Below are positions 1 to 10,623 of a stretch of DNA of 64,000 bases, one piece after another (within the stretch, counting starts at the first letter, position 1; the number at the start of each line of letters is the position of its first letter). This DNA comes from a virus (lineage: Duplodnaviria > Caudoviricetes): IMG/VR virus record IMGVR_UViG_3300011008_000999; one strand, 5' to 3'. The position numbers and the translations under genes are program-made. The notes beneath the pieces were generated by a model. That model saw nothing but the letters and a program-made list of their open reading frames with translations. It was not told where the DNA came from and did not search any database.

Positions 1-74
1 ATAATTTCTAGACTCTCTCAAGTCTCTAATTTTTTTCAAGTATACTCATAGTTCCAACCTCCTATTTTAACTCC

Positions 75-941
75 TTATACAGTTTTTTCTAAAAGTTCAA
101 TTAACTTTTCAAAGGATAAATTATTATAATAACCGTCCCAATCACCTTTAACATGTGCTACTTCAGAACTACCTCTAAAAATATATATATTTCCTCTAGT
201 TACTGGATCATGATCTTTATTCCATTCAGCGTTTAAGAAATGTTCACCTCTACCATAGTTAGAAAAAGGCTCTGTACATACCCAAGCTGAGTTATGTAAA
301 CCAGAATATCTAGCAACTAAATCATATCCGTCAATCTTATAATCAGCAGCTAATTTAACATCTTTAATTTTATATTGATTAGTTACTTTATCTAAAAATA
401 CATTACCTGCGCAGACTATTCAGAGAACAGATATATTTACACCAGGCATACCTAATGGTGCTTTACGTGAATATTCAAAATTTTTCCAACAATTACTATC
501 AACACTAATTTTATATTGTGTTACACTATATAAAACAGTATCATCTTCGCAGATTAATTCTATTATAGTACGATTTTCATCAATCATATAAATAACACCT
601 TGATCATATACTAATTTAGGATTTTTAATGCTTTTTATTTCAGGTGTTTCAAAAGTAACTTCTTTAAAAATATCCTTAAAATAATAAGCGCCAATTAACT
701 CATGTACATAACTAGTTATTTGATGTTGAAGATTACTACAACCTAACATTTTAGCTGCAATATAATACTGCACTAATTTATGAACAGATTTAATTGATTT
801 AACATTAGTACCTTTATTATTAGTCTTTCTATTTAATATTTTATCATAATATTTCTGTTCAACATCTTCATTATGTAATTTGTTATTCTTATTTGCTTAA
901 CACCACTGGCGTAATTCTTCAGTAAAATTATTTTCATCCAT
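75..941 (-). pseudogene. Hypothetical gene (289 codons) with two in-frame stops
   Basis: RBS GAGGTG then ATG at 941. One frame runs to TAA at 75-77, interrupted by TAA (897-899) and TGA (420-422). ORF 420..773 is the middle part. Confidence 0.7.
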
Positions 942-954
942 TTATATCACCTCT

Positions 955-1263
955 TTATATAAATGTATTGTCTACAACATCAGTTATATCATACTTTTCC
1001 ATTCTAGTAAGTAAGTCTTTTACAAACTCTTTTTCCTTTTCTTTTGTGTTAAGACCTCTAGCCCACCAATCATCATAATCATCATTCATAGCACGAAAGA
1101 TTTCAATAACATCTTCTGTTGATAGTTGATATTCCGACCTACCTTCATCTCTATACTTTTGAACACGTCTCTTACAATATTCAGCAATTCGTTCAGCTAA
1201 CCAATTCATATCTTCAGGCTTAGGTCCACAAGGTGGTTTATATCTTCCATAGTCCTCGCTCAT
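955..1263 (-). CDS. hypothetical protein
   Basis: ORF with GGAG RBS, operon-like spacing. Confidence 0.7.
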   Translation of the reverse strand: MSEDYGRYKPPCGPKPEDMNWLAERIAEYCKRRVQKYRDEGRSEYQLSTEDVIEIFRAMNDDYDDWWARGLNTKEKEKEFVKDLLTRMEKYDITDVVDNTFI

Positions 1264-1274
1264 AATAATTTCTC

Positions 1275-1478
1275 CTATTCTTCTATCTCGTCATAAGCCT
1301 TCATAATATTTTCTTTTGCAATAGTAAGATCTTCAATAGCTCTATCAATTTTCATTTCCATAAACTCTAAGCTGTTATAACCATCAAAGTCTTCCATTTC
1401 TTTCTTTATTTCTTTGATCTTATATTCAGCCTCACCACAGTATGTCTTAATACATTCAATTTTAGTCTTTAATGCCAT
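1275..1478 (-). CDS. hypothetical protein
   Basis: ORF with AAGGAGG RBS. Confidence 0.7.
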   Translation of the reverse strand: MALKTKIECIKTYCGEAEYKIKEIKKEMEDFDGYNSLEFMEMKIDRAIEDLTIAKENIMKAYDEIEE

Positions 1479-1495
1479 AATAAACCTCCTTAATA

Positions 1496-1531
1496 ATAAA
1501 AATACCTAACCTCGTATGAGATTAGGTATTG
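1496..1531 (-). terminator. intrinsic terminator
   Basis: AATACCTAATCTC-ATAC-GAGGTTAGGTATT hairpin followed by a U-tract on the minus strand. Confidence 0.65.
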
Positions 1532-1546
1532 TTCGCATCCATTCGT

Positions 1547-1567
1547 TATTATAATTAAATAGTTCTT
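1547..1567 (-). promoter_or_regulatory. class B promoter-like motif CTATTTAATTATAAT
   Basis: Motif recurs in intergenic regions at about 10410, 26410, 37650, 39710, 45240, 49170 and 58090. Confidence 0.5.
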
Positions 1568-1569
1568 TA

Positions 1570-1755
1570 TTATAGCTTATCCCATAAATGACCTACCCAT
1601 TTGCCGATTATAAATCCGGACAGTAATGAATATATTGTAGAAGGTTCTAATCCAGCTTCTATTAAGATCGCGTATAGTAAATTAAATAATATAGCCATTA
1701 CTACCATAAAAATTATGCATATCAATAGTTTTCTTAACATGTTAATCTCCTTCAT
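1570..1755 (-). CDS. small membrane protein
   Basis: Two hydrophobic segments. Confidence 0.6.
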   Translation of the reverse strand: MKEINMLRKLLICIIFMVVMAILFNLLYAILIEAGLEPSTIYSLLSGFIIGKWVGHLWDKL

Positions 1756-2074
1756 AAGGTTCAGGATCTATCATCCAAGCAAGTACACGATCAGTTATGT
1801 CATTAGTAATCTTACCATCAGGCAGTCGCGTACATACCTCTTCTGAAGTAAATTTTTTACTATGAGAGTAATATTTTGCTCTAGCCGTGAAGTTAGGATT
1901 ACCTTTTATAGTGACTATTACTCGTATATACATATAGTCCCAATAATTATATCCTTCATCATCAACTTCATCTGGATCAAAATCTTCATCAGCAAGATCT
2001 TCTTGAATGAGATCATATAACTTTTTGTCATCAGTGTATTCAGGTAGTCTTTTAGTAACTGGAATCCAACTCAT
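1742..2074 (-). CDS. DUF551-like phage protein
   Basis: MSWIPVTKRLPE ... VLAWMIDPEPY signature. Confidence 0.6.
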   Translation of the reverse strand: MSWIPVTKRLPEYTDDKKLYDLIQEDLADEDFDPDEVDDEGYNYWDYMYIRVIVTIKGNPNFTARAKYYSHSKKFTSEEVCTRLPDGKITNDITDRVLAWMIDPEPYEGD

Positions 2075-2076
2075 AT

Positions 2077-2550
2077 TTAACTCTCCTTTAAATTAAGACG
2101 TCTTTCAAACTCATCTGCAATAAGTCCAATACTTCTTGCATGATACCAAGCAGTATGAATATCTCTAAGATTATTGATCAAAAGCTGGTCGTCCATCTCA
2201 GCAAATATCTTCTTAAGATCATAATAATGTATTGTATTATATTCAGCTTCAGCCGCTTTTATTCTATCTGCACCAATCTGTATTATAGACTTATTATTTG
2301 CTTCGGCTACATCTATTCTCTTTTCAAGCTGATCATATACCTGTTTCATTTCGGCATAGGTCTGTTTAAGTTCAGCATTTTCGTTTAGCAGTCTAGCATA
2401 AATTCCAAACTTTTCTTCAACAAGCTTTGCATTTTCTTCATTAAGGCTTTTATTTTCAGCTTCAAGCTGTTCGTTCTTAGATTCAAGCGCATGTATATAG
2501 TTAGCAACATCTTCCATGTTATTAAGTTCAGGTCTAGTCATAATATTCAC
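2077..2550 (-). CDS. coiled-coil hypothetical protein
   Basis: Heptad-rich ORF. Confidence 0.65.
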   Translation of the reverse strand: MNIMTRPELNNMEDVANYIHALESKNEQLEAENKSLNEENAKLVEEKFGIYARLLNENAELKQTYAEMKQVYDQLEKRIDVAEANNKSIIQIGADRIKAAEAEYNTIHYYDLKKIFAEMDDQLLINNLRDIHTAWYHARSIGLIADEFERRLNLKES

Positions 2551-2621
2551 CTCTCAATAAAAATAAAACAGCTACTACTCCCATAGCTGAGAATAGTAGC
2601 TTATGTTTAACTGTTAAGATA

Positions 2622-2656
2622 ATTATAACATGTATTTTGACATTTGTAAATAGTTT
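2622..2656 (-). promoter_or_regulatory. sigma70/SigA-type promoter (class A)
   Basis: CTA-TTTACA-17 nt-TATAAT with extended -10 TG. Confidence 0.75.
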
Positions 2657-2668
2657 TATGATCTTCTT

Positions 2669-3343
2669 TTACTTTCCTCTAAATGAGGTTTTTGTATCAA
2701 AACCATGAGCAGTAATCTTATCGTTGTTAGTTATTCCAATAGGATCAGTTCGCTCAGATTCTGTTTTAAGTAGTGAAAAGTGCTCTTCAATAGCTAAGAA
2801 CATCTGCATAGGATCGATAACTTTACTAATTCCAGTATCTATGAGAATAGGTGGCTGAAAAGTAGTATCAGTTTCTTTAGTCTTATAGTTATAGTGATGA
2901 TGTACACTATCACAAAGAGTACATTCAGAAATGTAGTCATTAGTATCAATCATATTCTTGATCTTATCTACATTCTCTAAAATCTTATCATGATCAGTTT
3001 TGTTATTTTTATCACGTAAGAAATAACTAATAAAAGAAATAAGCTCAAGCTTAAGAAGTTCTCTCTTTTTATTGAAATTCTTCCAAGTAGTAAGTAACTC
3101 TACCTCATAATTTCCATTAAAGTAATCTCTATTAGTAATAGTTACAAGCATTAACCAATAAGTAGCTCCACACTGAAGAACTACAAATCTATAGTTAGAG
3201 TTTTTATCATATCTAACCCAATCAAGCTTATTGCAAATATCAGCTTTAGGTACAATATAAGAATCTCTACGATCAAATACAAGTGTGTCTTCAGGATTAC
3301 TTAAGTAGTCATAAAAATCATGCTTTTTATCAATAATTCTCAT
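2669..3343 (-). CDS. conserved phage-type hypothetical protein
   Basis: MRIIDKKHDFYDY ... HGFDTKTSFRG termini. Confidence 0.7.
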   Translation of the reverse strand: MRIIDKKHDFYDYLSNPEDTLVFDRRDSYIVPKADICNKLDWVRYDKNSNYRFVVLQCGATYWLMLVTITNRDYFNGNYEVELLTTWKNFNKKRELLKLELISFISYFLRDKNNKTDHDKILENVDKIKNMIDTNDYISECTLCDSVHHHYNYKTKETDTTFQPPILIDTGISKVIDPMQMFLAIEEHFSLLKTESERTDPIGITNNDKITAHGFDTKTSFRGK

Positions 3344-3352
3344 AATATTCTC

Positions 3353-3547
3353 CTAATCTATAGGTTTCCATGCAGCCACATCTTCTCTCTTGTGGTCCAT
3401 GTAATAAATATCTTCAAAACAATAACCGCATTTGTAGAATGACGAATCTACCTTAAATGCTTTATATACACGACCGTCTCTAGTCATAATGTATACAAGC
3501 TTACCAAATTCTGGTTCTTCTTTTTCAATAGAAATATATTCACTCAT
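3353..3547 (-). CDS. DUF551-like small protein
   Basis: YISIEKEEPE ... VAAWKP. Confidence 0.5.
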   Translation of the reverse strand: MSEYISIEKEEPEFGKLVYIMTRDGRVYKAFKVDSSFYKCGYCFEDIYYMDHKREDVAAWKPID

Positions 3548-3914
3548 TTATGTCCTCCAAGTACATTGGTACTATCATTTTATATGTAGTCTGCCAATAG
3601 TTAACTGATTCTTTCTTACCTTCAAAAGTTTTGTAATAAAGATCTCTATCACCATTTTGTTTGATTTCTTTTCGAATTCGTTCAAGAATAGTATTAAGTT
3701 TGAGTCGTTTTTCAGGAAATTCATCTATTCGATGTATATCTGTTAGACTTTCACATTTTTCTGGAATAAGAACGATCTGTGTTTTAAGTCCTTTTACATC
3801 AATGAAACCATACTGGTCATGATATGGATAACACATATGATTTGTTAGATCATATTCTTTTGCATACTTATCTATATATTCTTGTACAGTATTTACAAAT
3901 CTTGATGCTTTCAT
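3540..3914 (-). CDS. hypothetical protein
   Basis: ORF with RBS. Confidence 0.65.
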   Translation of the reverse strand: MKASRFVNTVQEYIDKYAKEYDLTNHMCYPYHDQYGFIDVKGLKTQIVLIPEKCESLTDIHRIDEFPEKRLKLNTILERIRKEIKQNGDRDLYYKTFEGKKESVNYWQTTYKMIVPMYLEDINE

Positions 3915-3923
3915 ATAGTCTCC

Positions 3924-4199
3924 TTAATAAATAGGTTTGTATTTATCTTTTAACGACTGTTTATGTTCTTCTATTCGTTTATCAAGATCTCTCCAACTTT
4001 GTTCTTGTTCTTCAGCATCAATCATTAGTAGTAGACCAAATGCTATACCTATTGATATAATCATTAGAATGCCAGATACTATCATAATAATCATACCAAT
4101 TTCAGTTAGCTGATTATGAAATGCAGATGGAGTTAGTCCAAAGAATAATGCGGCAAATATTAAAATACAAATACTAGAAATTCTAAAAGCTTTTTTCAT
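3924..4199 (-). CDS. two-TM membrane protein
   Basis: GGAGG RBS before MKKAF, two hydrophobic helices. Confidence 0.6.
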   Translation of the reverse strand: MKKAFRISSICILIFAALFFGLTPSAFHNQLTEIGMIIMIVSGILMIISIGIAFGLLLMIDAEEQEQSWRDLDKRIEEHKQSLKDKYKPIY

Positions 4200-4225
4200 A
4201 TATACTACCTCCAAATTATATTTGT

Positions 4226-4260
4226 ATTATAACAAAGAAAAAAGTACTTGTAAATAGTTT
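4226..4260 (-). promoter_or_regulatory. class A promoter
   Basis: CTATTTACA-17 nt-TATAAT. Confidence 0.75.
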
Positions 4261-4596
4261 TAAATAAAAAAGAGTTACTCATTATTCATGAATAACTCTC
4301 TAACTTCTTTATATCACATGATATAGACTAGTTATTTTTGCAAATGGTTCAAATTTGATATTTTTATTAATAATTATATTAGCATATTAGAGTATCATTT
4401 TTTGCAAATATAACTTAATCAAAAATGAATTATATAGTAAAGAAATTTGTCATTCTTGTAGGTTTACATTCAGACGCATTTCTATATCTATCACATGCAT
4501 TACAATATCCAAGTCTATATAAAGCAAATAAAGACATACAAAATATTGATATTTGTAATGCAATAATTATAACTTTTTTCATAACTTTTTCCTCTT

Positions 4597-4633
4597 AAAA
4601 AGAGAGCGCTAGCCATATTTCAGACTAGCGCTG
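4597..4633 (-). terminator. intrinsic terminator after the FtsK C-half gene
   Basis: AGCGCTAGTC/GGCTAGCGCT stem plus U-tract. Confidence 0.7.
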
Positions 4634-4642
4634 TTAATCTTA

Positions 4643-7600
4643 CTATTGTGTAGGATTCTTAGGTTTAATATTAAGCTTAATTGTAGGCTTAGGTGTCATA
4701 GGCTGATCTGCAGTCGTCTTATCTATATTAAGCTTAATCTGTGGCTTTTGACCTGGAATCTGATTTAATGCGGCTCCAATTCTTTCTCTATTAGATGGTT
4801 GTCCAAAATTAGGTTGTGAAGGACCACCAAAATTAGGTTGAGCAGGACCTGATGAAGTGAAATTAGGCTGTGCCTGACCAGTAGGTTGAGTAGGTTGTGT
4901 AGTATTGACCGATGTATTAGAAGGTCCAAACATTGCTTCTAATCCACTAAGTCCTAAATCAGGTGAATCTGCTTCTACAGGTTTACTTTCTGTAGGCTTA
5001 GCATCATTAGATTTCTTACCACCAAACTTAAATGTTACTGGTTCTTCTTCATCTTTCTTAGGTGGAGCTTCTGTCTTAGGTGCTTCTTCTGTTTTAGAGT
5101 GATCTTTGAAGAGCTCATCTTCATCAAGATCCTCATCCTCTTCAAACTCATCCTCTTCTTCGATCTCGTCTTCCTCTTCTTCAGGTTCCTCGCCAATCTT
5201 ATGCTGAAGTACCCAACCAGTATTTAACTCATCGAAGTTTTTACCTTGTCTCTTACATAACTCTACAAACACAGGATTATTGTAAGAAAGCTTCTGATCT
5301 TCATCGAACTCCCAGTCCATTTTTAGGTTGTTGTATAATTTGTAAAATTTTGTATAAATTGCTGGACTTCGTTTTTACTCCATAACACTATGTAGTTTAG
5401 CTTATTCTTTTTAGCACATTTACACTTTTGTACATCTTTATTAGTCCATACATATAACGCAACTTTATATTGTGGTCTAGTTTTTGCTTTATTTGTCCAA
5501 ATTTGTACTGTTTCTAAATCTTTTTTATTACGTTTATTAAAGAAATGTCCATTATGGTGCCAATAACCATTAATTTCAATAAACATATCATACGCAGGTA
5601 AATAAAAGTCACAATGAAATGGATAACGTACTTCTTTATACTGTGCTATATATTCAATCTTATTTTGTATAAAGAACTGTTCTAAAGTATCTTCTAGTTT
5701 AGAATAATTACCATTCTTTTTCATTGTATGTACAGCTTTCTTCCATAAAGTTGGATTTTGTACTGCACATTTATTACCATATTTAGTTATGTTAGTTTGA
5801 TTAGTTTTGGCTTTTATTTCTTGATTTTGTTGTGGATTTTCACATCCATACTTTTTAAGATTAGTATGTTTAATTTGTTCTTTTACATGCTCACTTTGAA
5901 ATGCATATTCTGTACCATATTTATTTAGACATGTTTCTTTAATCTTATCTTTTCCATAAGTAGAAGCATATACATTAGTGGCGCCATATTTATCTAGACA
6001 AGTTTGCTCATATTTTTGTCTAGTTTCAATATCTTTTTGAGCACATGAATTTCCACAATATGTACCATAACCAAGAACATTTCCAAAGAACTTAGTAGGC
6101 TTACCACACACTTTACATATACCATCTAAGCCTGATTTTACATATTTATCATAGTATTCTTTATCAGACATCTTATGTTTACGTAAATGAGATGTGATAC
6201 CTTTATTTTTAACATCTTGACCACAAATTTTACAAATCATAATTAACCTCGCTTTTACTTTCATAAAAGATTAGACTATATCATTACTCCTTTCGGAGAA
6301 CCTACTACTTCGCTTTAATAGATTTACACTAAGCTAATCTCACTTAGATACTAACCATAACTGGCGCTACTCTACTCACTTCGTATACTATTAAATAGTA
6401 TCTTATTTTCATCTGTATTTCAAGACCTATAGCTTTCGATAGTCGTTGAACCCATCTCTATTCGAGACTTGGCTGCTGATTTTCCATTCTTAAAACCCTT
6501 AGGACTCGCCATAACGTCCTTAGGTCATCTGTTTAATTTTTTCTACTTTCGTAGCGTTCACACCTGTGCATATTTCATCACTATGTTGTAGCTTAAACAG
6601 CTTTAGGTACGTATCATTATTTGATACTGTTCCAGCAATTCAATAGGTTTAAGGAGAACCACTGGGATTGTTAATTCTCCGGCTGTGTATAATATGTCTG
6701 AGTTTCGATAATCTCATTACCAGAACCAATAAAACCACGACCTTTAATCTGTGGTTTAGCTAACTGAGAAATATCCTTTTCGAACATAAGCTGAGAGGCA
6801 CCATCATCAAATCCACCAAGAAGAACTGACATCTGAATATTGTTCTTCAAGTCAGTAGAAATAGTAGAACCAGAAGCTCTCTGACATGCAAGTGCAAGGT
6901 GAACTGCTGCTGCACGACCAAGACGTGCAATAGATCCAAGCGCCTGTTTAACTATATCAACTGATTTATAGTCATCAGATGTCATAAGCTCATTCAACTC
7001 ATCTGCAAGGAAGAGCAATACTTTAGGTGTATAGATACCCTTTGTCATTCTGATAGTGTTCTTATCAATATATGAATTGTAGCCTTTTACTTCAGGTAAC
7101 TGAGGATTTCTTCCTTCCCACTTGCCTTCCATTATACCATCGTAAATTTTTTGAATAGTAGTAATAATAGGCTGACGTCCATCAGGATAAATAGCTTTCA
7201 TTTTGCTATAATTTCTATCAGATTCATCCAGGTCTACCATAAGCTCGAAGATTTCATCAAACTGAACCTTCTTACCCATAACTTCAAAATAATTTACTTC
7301 TTTATCTTTAATTTTATAAACATTATTGCGTAGATAACCAAGTATCAAACTCAGATTTAGTATAAAATACAAATAATTGTACTTTATTATGTTTAGCTAC
7401 TTTTAACTTATGTGTATCTCTAACTGTCCAAGTATGAATAGCATTTTCAAAATACTTAGATGTTTTAGATTTTTCTATCCACTCTGCTAACTTTTTACTA
7501 TCAGTTTTCTTATTATACGGATGTAATCCATGTGTCCAATGAAAGTTAAGTTCAATATAAATATCTTTAGATGGAATGTATAAATCGCATACAAAAGGAT

Positions 7601-10370
7601 ATTTAGTTGACTTATATCCATGTTTAGCATCTGGATAAATACTTAAAAGTTGCTTATAACATAAATCTTCTGTCTTTGATACCTTAAATGAATGATTCTT
7701 CTTTTTAGTCAGATAACTTTTATGTTTAATTTCAGCTTTTTCTTTATCTGACTTCGACATATATGCATCTCTATGCTTTTGACCAATAATCTTCATTTCT
7801 TCTTCAGTTTTACTATCAAATGTAGCTTGTCTTTTTGCGTAAATTGCTTTCTTTTCTTCATCAGATTTAGCATAATATTTGTCTGAAATTTTTTGCTTTA
7901 CTGATTCTGCAGCAAATGGACTTGTTGTTCCATATACCTTAAGACAAGTTTCTTTATACTTCTTACTATTATTATATGTTTCATCTCCATACTTTTCTTG
8001 ACAAGTAGATTTTCTTTTAAGAATAGATTTTTGTTTTTCATCATTTGTTCTATTTAATAAAGACTCACTCGTCTTATTTGGATTATTGTATGTAGGAGTT
8101 CCATACCTAATAGTTTTAGTAGTTTTAACTGAATCAGAATGTATAGTAGATTTATTTAAGCATGATCTAGAACAATACTTATTATAACCTTTGAAAATAT
8201 CTTTAAAGCTTGTAGGTTTACCACATACTGTACATATGCCTTTTCCAAAGTACATATCATAATATGTTTGTTGACTAACATTATGTTGTTCTAAATGTTT
8301 CTTAAACAACCTATTTGAAATTGGTTGATTACATATTCTACACATTGTTTCATTCATTCTAATCTCTCCTTAGACTATATCTTTACCTTCAACTTAATGG
8401 TCAGGTAGTCACCGCTTCGCTTTCGCTACTCCTTTTCAGGATAGTCGTTGAACTTTCCTCTATTCGAGACTTAGCTGCTGATTGCTCATTATTTCAGTGT
8501 TTAGGATTTAACCATGCACCATCTTAATGTTTCTTTCTACTTTCGTCGCATTCACACTTACGTATATTTCATCGTTATGTTGTAGCACATTAAGCATTAG
8601 AGTTGTCGTCCCAGCAATTCAATGACCATATTCTTGCGCATATTTCTATACGCCCAGGCCAATAATTTTATAAAATCAACCTGCATCTGTTCCATGAACT
8701 TAAATCGGTCCATCATAATCTGTTGGAAATTTGCTACAGCGTCTGCGGCCGTAGGTACATCCAAAGCTACTCCTTTTACGCCCTTTCGGATAACTTCATA
8801 TTTTTCAATACAAACCTGACTATATCTCGTATCTAAAATGATTATCTAAACTGATTATACCATTGATTATCTCCAAATTTTTCTATACAGTAATCCAAAT
8901 ATTTCTGAATATCAGATCTTACCCAAAGAACTACATTATGCGCATCCATACGTTGCTGTTTTGCTTTATCTTTTAATGTAAGATCTTCATCTAGAAACTG
9001 ATCACCTTTAATTTCAATAATTTCATCTTCAATAATAAAATCTGGAAAATAATAGCATTCTTTACCTTCATCATTAGTATATTTGAATCTGAGTGGTTCT
9101 CTTTCGATATGGATTTTATGGTCTATACAATAGATATATACTGCTAATTCCCAAGAACTATCAAAATTTAGAGAATCATACTTATAATGTTTCATAGTTT
9201 TTACATGAATCTCATGATTTTGTTGTGGATTTTCACATCCAAATCTTTGTAAATTAGTTTCTTTTATCTTTTGTTTACCATATTCAGAACCCCCATACAT
9301 TTTCTGTACCATAGCGTTCTTGCATAGTCTGTTTAGATTTTTCTTTTACAGTTTCACCTTGTAAAGAACATGTATTACCATATCTAGACATATTTGTGGA
9401 TTGTGTTTTTAATTTGATTTCTGGTCTTTGCTGTGCATTTTCTACACCATATTTCTTTAAGTTAGCCTCTTTAATCTTTTGCTTTACTGCATCAGCAGCA
9501 TAAGGATTGCTAACTCCATATTTTGATTGTATTGTTTGTTTAACTTTATCTTGTGTTTCTTTAGTAGAAAAAGATGTAGGATAACCATATTTCTTTATAT
9601 TAGTATCTAATCTTTTGATTTGAACATTTTTATCATTATTCATACAGTTCTTATCACAATGTTGTCTATAACCAGATTTCATACTAATAAATTCTGTTGG
9701 TTTACCACAAGTAAGACAAACTCCTTCTTTATCAGATTTTATGTACAGATCATAATACTCTTTATTAGTCAAATTATGATGTTTTACATGCCATGACATT
9801 GATTTATCAGATTCAAATTCTTCTCCACATATTTTACATATAATCATTTCAAATACTCCTATCACTTTCAACTGTAACTCATCTTCAGTCGTACTCTCCT
9901 CACGGAGATAGTCGATACACCTTCAATTAAGCTTGGCACGGTATTACCTGCTATCTTACGAAAGACCGTAGGATCTCTTAGTCAGCTGCTTCGTCTATGG
10001 CCTAAGGCTATATATCTTGTTGTAACACTTCATATAGCAGTCTTATTCAACTGATACCGTTAGCAATATAGAATAAGATCTATATCACACCCTTGAGTAA
10101 TGAGGTTCAATAGGAATGCGCAAAGCTACTTACGCCACGTAAAAGGTTAAATTCTACTCTTTTACAGTCCACACCTACAAGTTGGAATCGATCTGAGTAT
10201 CTAGATACATGGCCTACGATACTCTGTTCACAAACAGATTTACCTGAATTGTGGAATACCGTTCCATCAGGCATTAAGTACATAGGGTCATCTTCTAGTG
10301 AGAATCCAAAGTAAGTGTCGGTTTTCTTTAGTGGTCGTACTTCAAAATCGACCTGTTTAACCACACTCAT
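4643..10370 (-). CDS. FtsK/SpoIIIE-like ATPase A, C-terminal half with N-terminal IntC. Spliced join(10132..10370, 8679..8786, 6674..7328, 4643..5317), 558 aa
   Basis: AAAGGAGG RBS and ATG at 10370. IntC ends HN then SGKS (second half of Walker A), VDCKRVEF, Walker B LLFLADE, IARLGRAAAVHLALACQR, KGRG. Exons sum to 1677 nt in frame. Acidic and Pro/Gln-rich tail. Confidence 0.88.
5318..6673 (-). ncRNA. group I intron 3 in FtsK C-half
   Basis: P1 GGAGAAU/GUUCUCC with U-G pair. P10 UCCCAGU/ACUGGGA. Core GAATTGCTGGAA, AATCAGCAG, GTTCAACGACTA, GATATAGTCT. Terminal G at 5318. Joins QPEN|DWEF. Confidence 0.88.
5323..6240 (-). CDS. intron-encoded homing endonuclease (Zn fingers, KYG repeats, Vsr/DUF559-like PD-(D/E)XK domain)
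   Basis: CKICG..H..H, CKVCGKPT..YC..C, KYG repeats, YPFHCDFY..IEINGYWHH. Confidence 0.8.
   Translation of the reverse strand: MICKICGQDVKNKGITSHLRKHKMSDKEYYDKYVKSGLDGICKVCGKPTKFFGNVLGYGTYCGNSCAQKDIETRQKYEQTCLDKYGATNVYASTYGKDKIKETCLNKYGTEYAFQSEHVKEQIKHTNLKKYGCENPQQNQEIKAKTNQTNITKYGNKCAVQNPTLWKKAVHTMKKNGNYSKLEDTLEQFFIQNKIEYIAQYKEVRYPFHCDFYLPAYDMFIEINGYWHHNGHFFNKRNKKDLETVQIWTNKAKTRPQYKVALYVWTNKDVQKCKCAKKNKLNYIVLWSKNEVQQFIQNFTNYTTT
7323..8357 (-). CDS. intron-encoded homing endonuclease
   Basis: Same architecture (CRIC..H..H, CTVCGKPT, YPFVCDLY..IELNFHWTH). Its stop codon lies in the downstream exon. Confidence 0.8.
   Translation of the reverse strand: MNETMCRICNQPISNRLFKKHLEQHNVSQQTYYDMYFGKGICTVCGKPTSFKDIFKGYNKYCSRSCLNKSTIHSDSVKTTKTIRYGTPTYNNPNKTSESLLNRTNDEKQKSILKRKSTCQEKYGDETYNNSKKYKETCLKVYGTTSPFAAESVKQKISDKYYAKSDEEKKAIYAKRQATFDSKTEEEMKIIGQKHRDAYMSKSDKEKAEIKHKSYLTKKKNHSFKVSKTEDLCYKQLLSIYPDAKHGYKSTKYPFVCDLYIPSKDIYIELNFHWTHGLHPYNKKTDSKKLAEWIEKSKTSKYFENAIHTWTVRDTHKLKVAKHNKVQLFVFYTKSEFDTWLSTQ
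7329..8678 (-). ncRNA. group I intron 2 in FtsK C-half
   Basis: P1 CAGGU/GCCUG. P10 UUAUUG/CAAUAA. Core GAATTGCTGGGA, AATCAGCAG, GTTCAACGACTA, AAGATATAGTCT. Joins MEQMQ-V-NNVYK. Confidence 0.88.
8787..10131 (-). ncRNA. group I intron 1 in FtsK C-half
   Basis: P1 GCGU/GCGC. Core TAACGGT, ATACCGTG, GTGTATCGACTA, GAGATATAGTCAG (same subtype as the nrdD intron). Joins LLRG-V-KGVKGVALD. Confidence 0.85.
8842..9871 (-). pseudogene. intron-encoded endonuclease with +1 frameshift
   Basis: ORFs 9284..9871 and 8842..9312 join if one G is removed from the G5 run at 9290-9294 (NVWGSEYGK). Zn fingers, KYG repeats, FDSSWE..YFPDF..IEIKG nuclease. Confidence 0.75.
10248..10370 (-). other. split intein A, C-terminal piece (IntC, 41 aa)
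   Basis: Block F TYFGFSLEDD and block G GTVFHN followed by the Ser nucleophile of SGKS. Confidence 0.9.
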
Positions 10371-10533
10371 ATAATAATTTTCCTCCTTTGCTAATAATAG
10401 CATTAAGCTTATATTATTAAATAGCTTCTTAGCAACAATCCCAGTTATATAGAATATCTGAGAAGTCATGTTGTTTAAGTTTAGCTCCGTTAATAAAAAA
10501 GTTTGCTACACTACAATCTCCCCATAACATAAT

Positions 10534-10623
10534 AGAATAACCTCTGCCTACGCAGAGAAAACTTATTACTGTAGTCATGAATCTAATTACATATAGAATA
10601 ACCTCTGCCTACGCAGAGAAAAC
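10534..10623 (-). CRISPR. orphan type I-E-like CRISPR mini-array (2 repeats, 1 spacer)
   Basis: Identical repeats GTTTTCTCTGCGTAGGCAGAGGTTATTCT (29 nt, CTCTGC/GCAGAG hairpin) with 61-nt period and a 32-nt spacer. No cas genes in the window. Confidence 0.7.

Noticed and set aside
4300-4582. Small ORF MKKVIII (4430..4582) or decayed gene
   Set aside because: It has an RBS-like sequence but only 50 codons and an unclear continuation, which is too weak to call.
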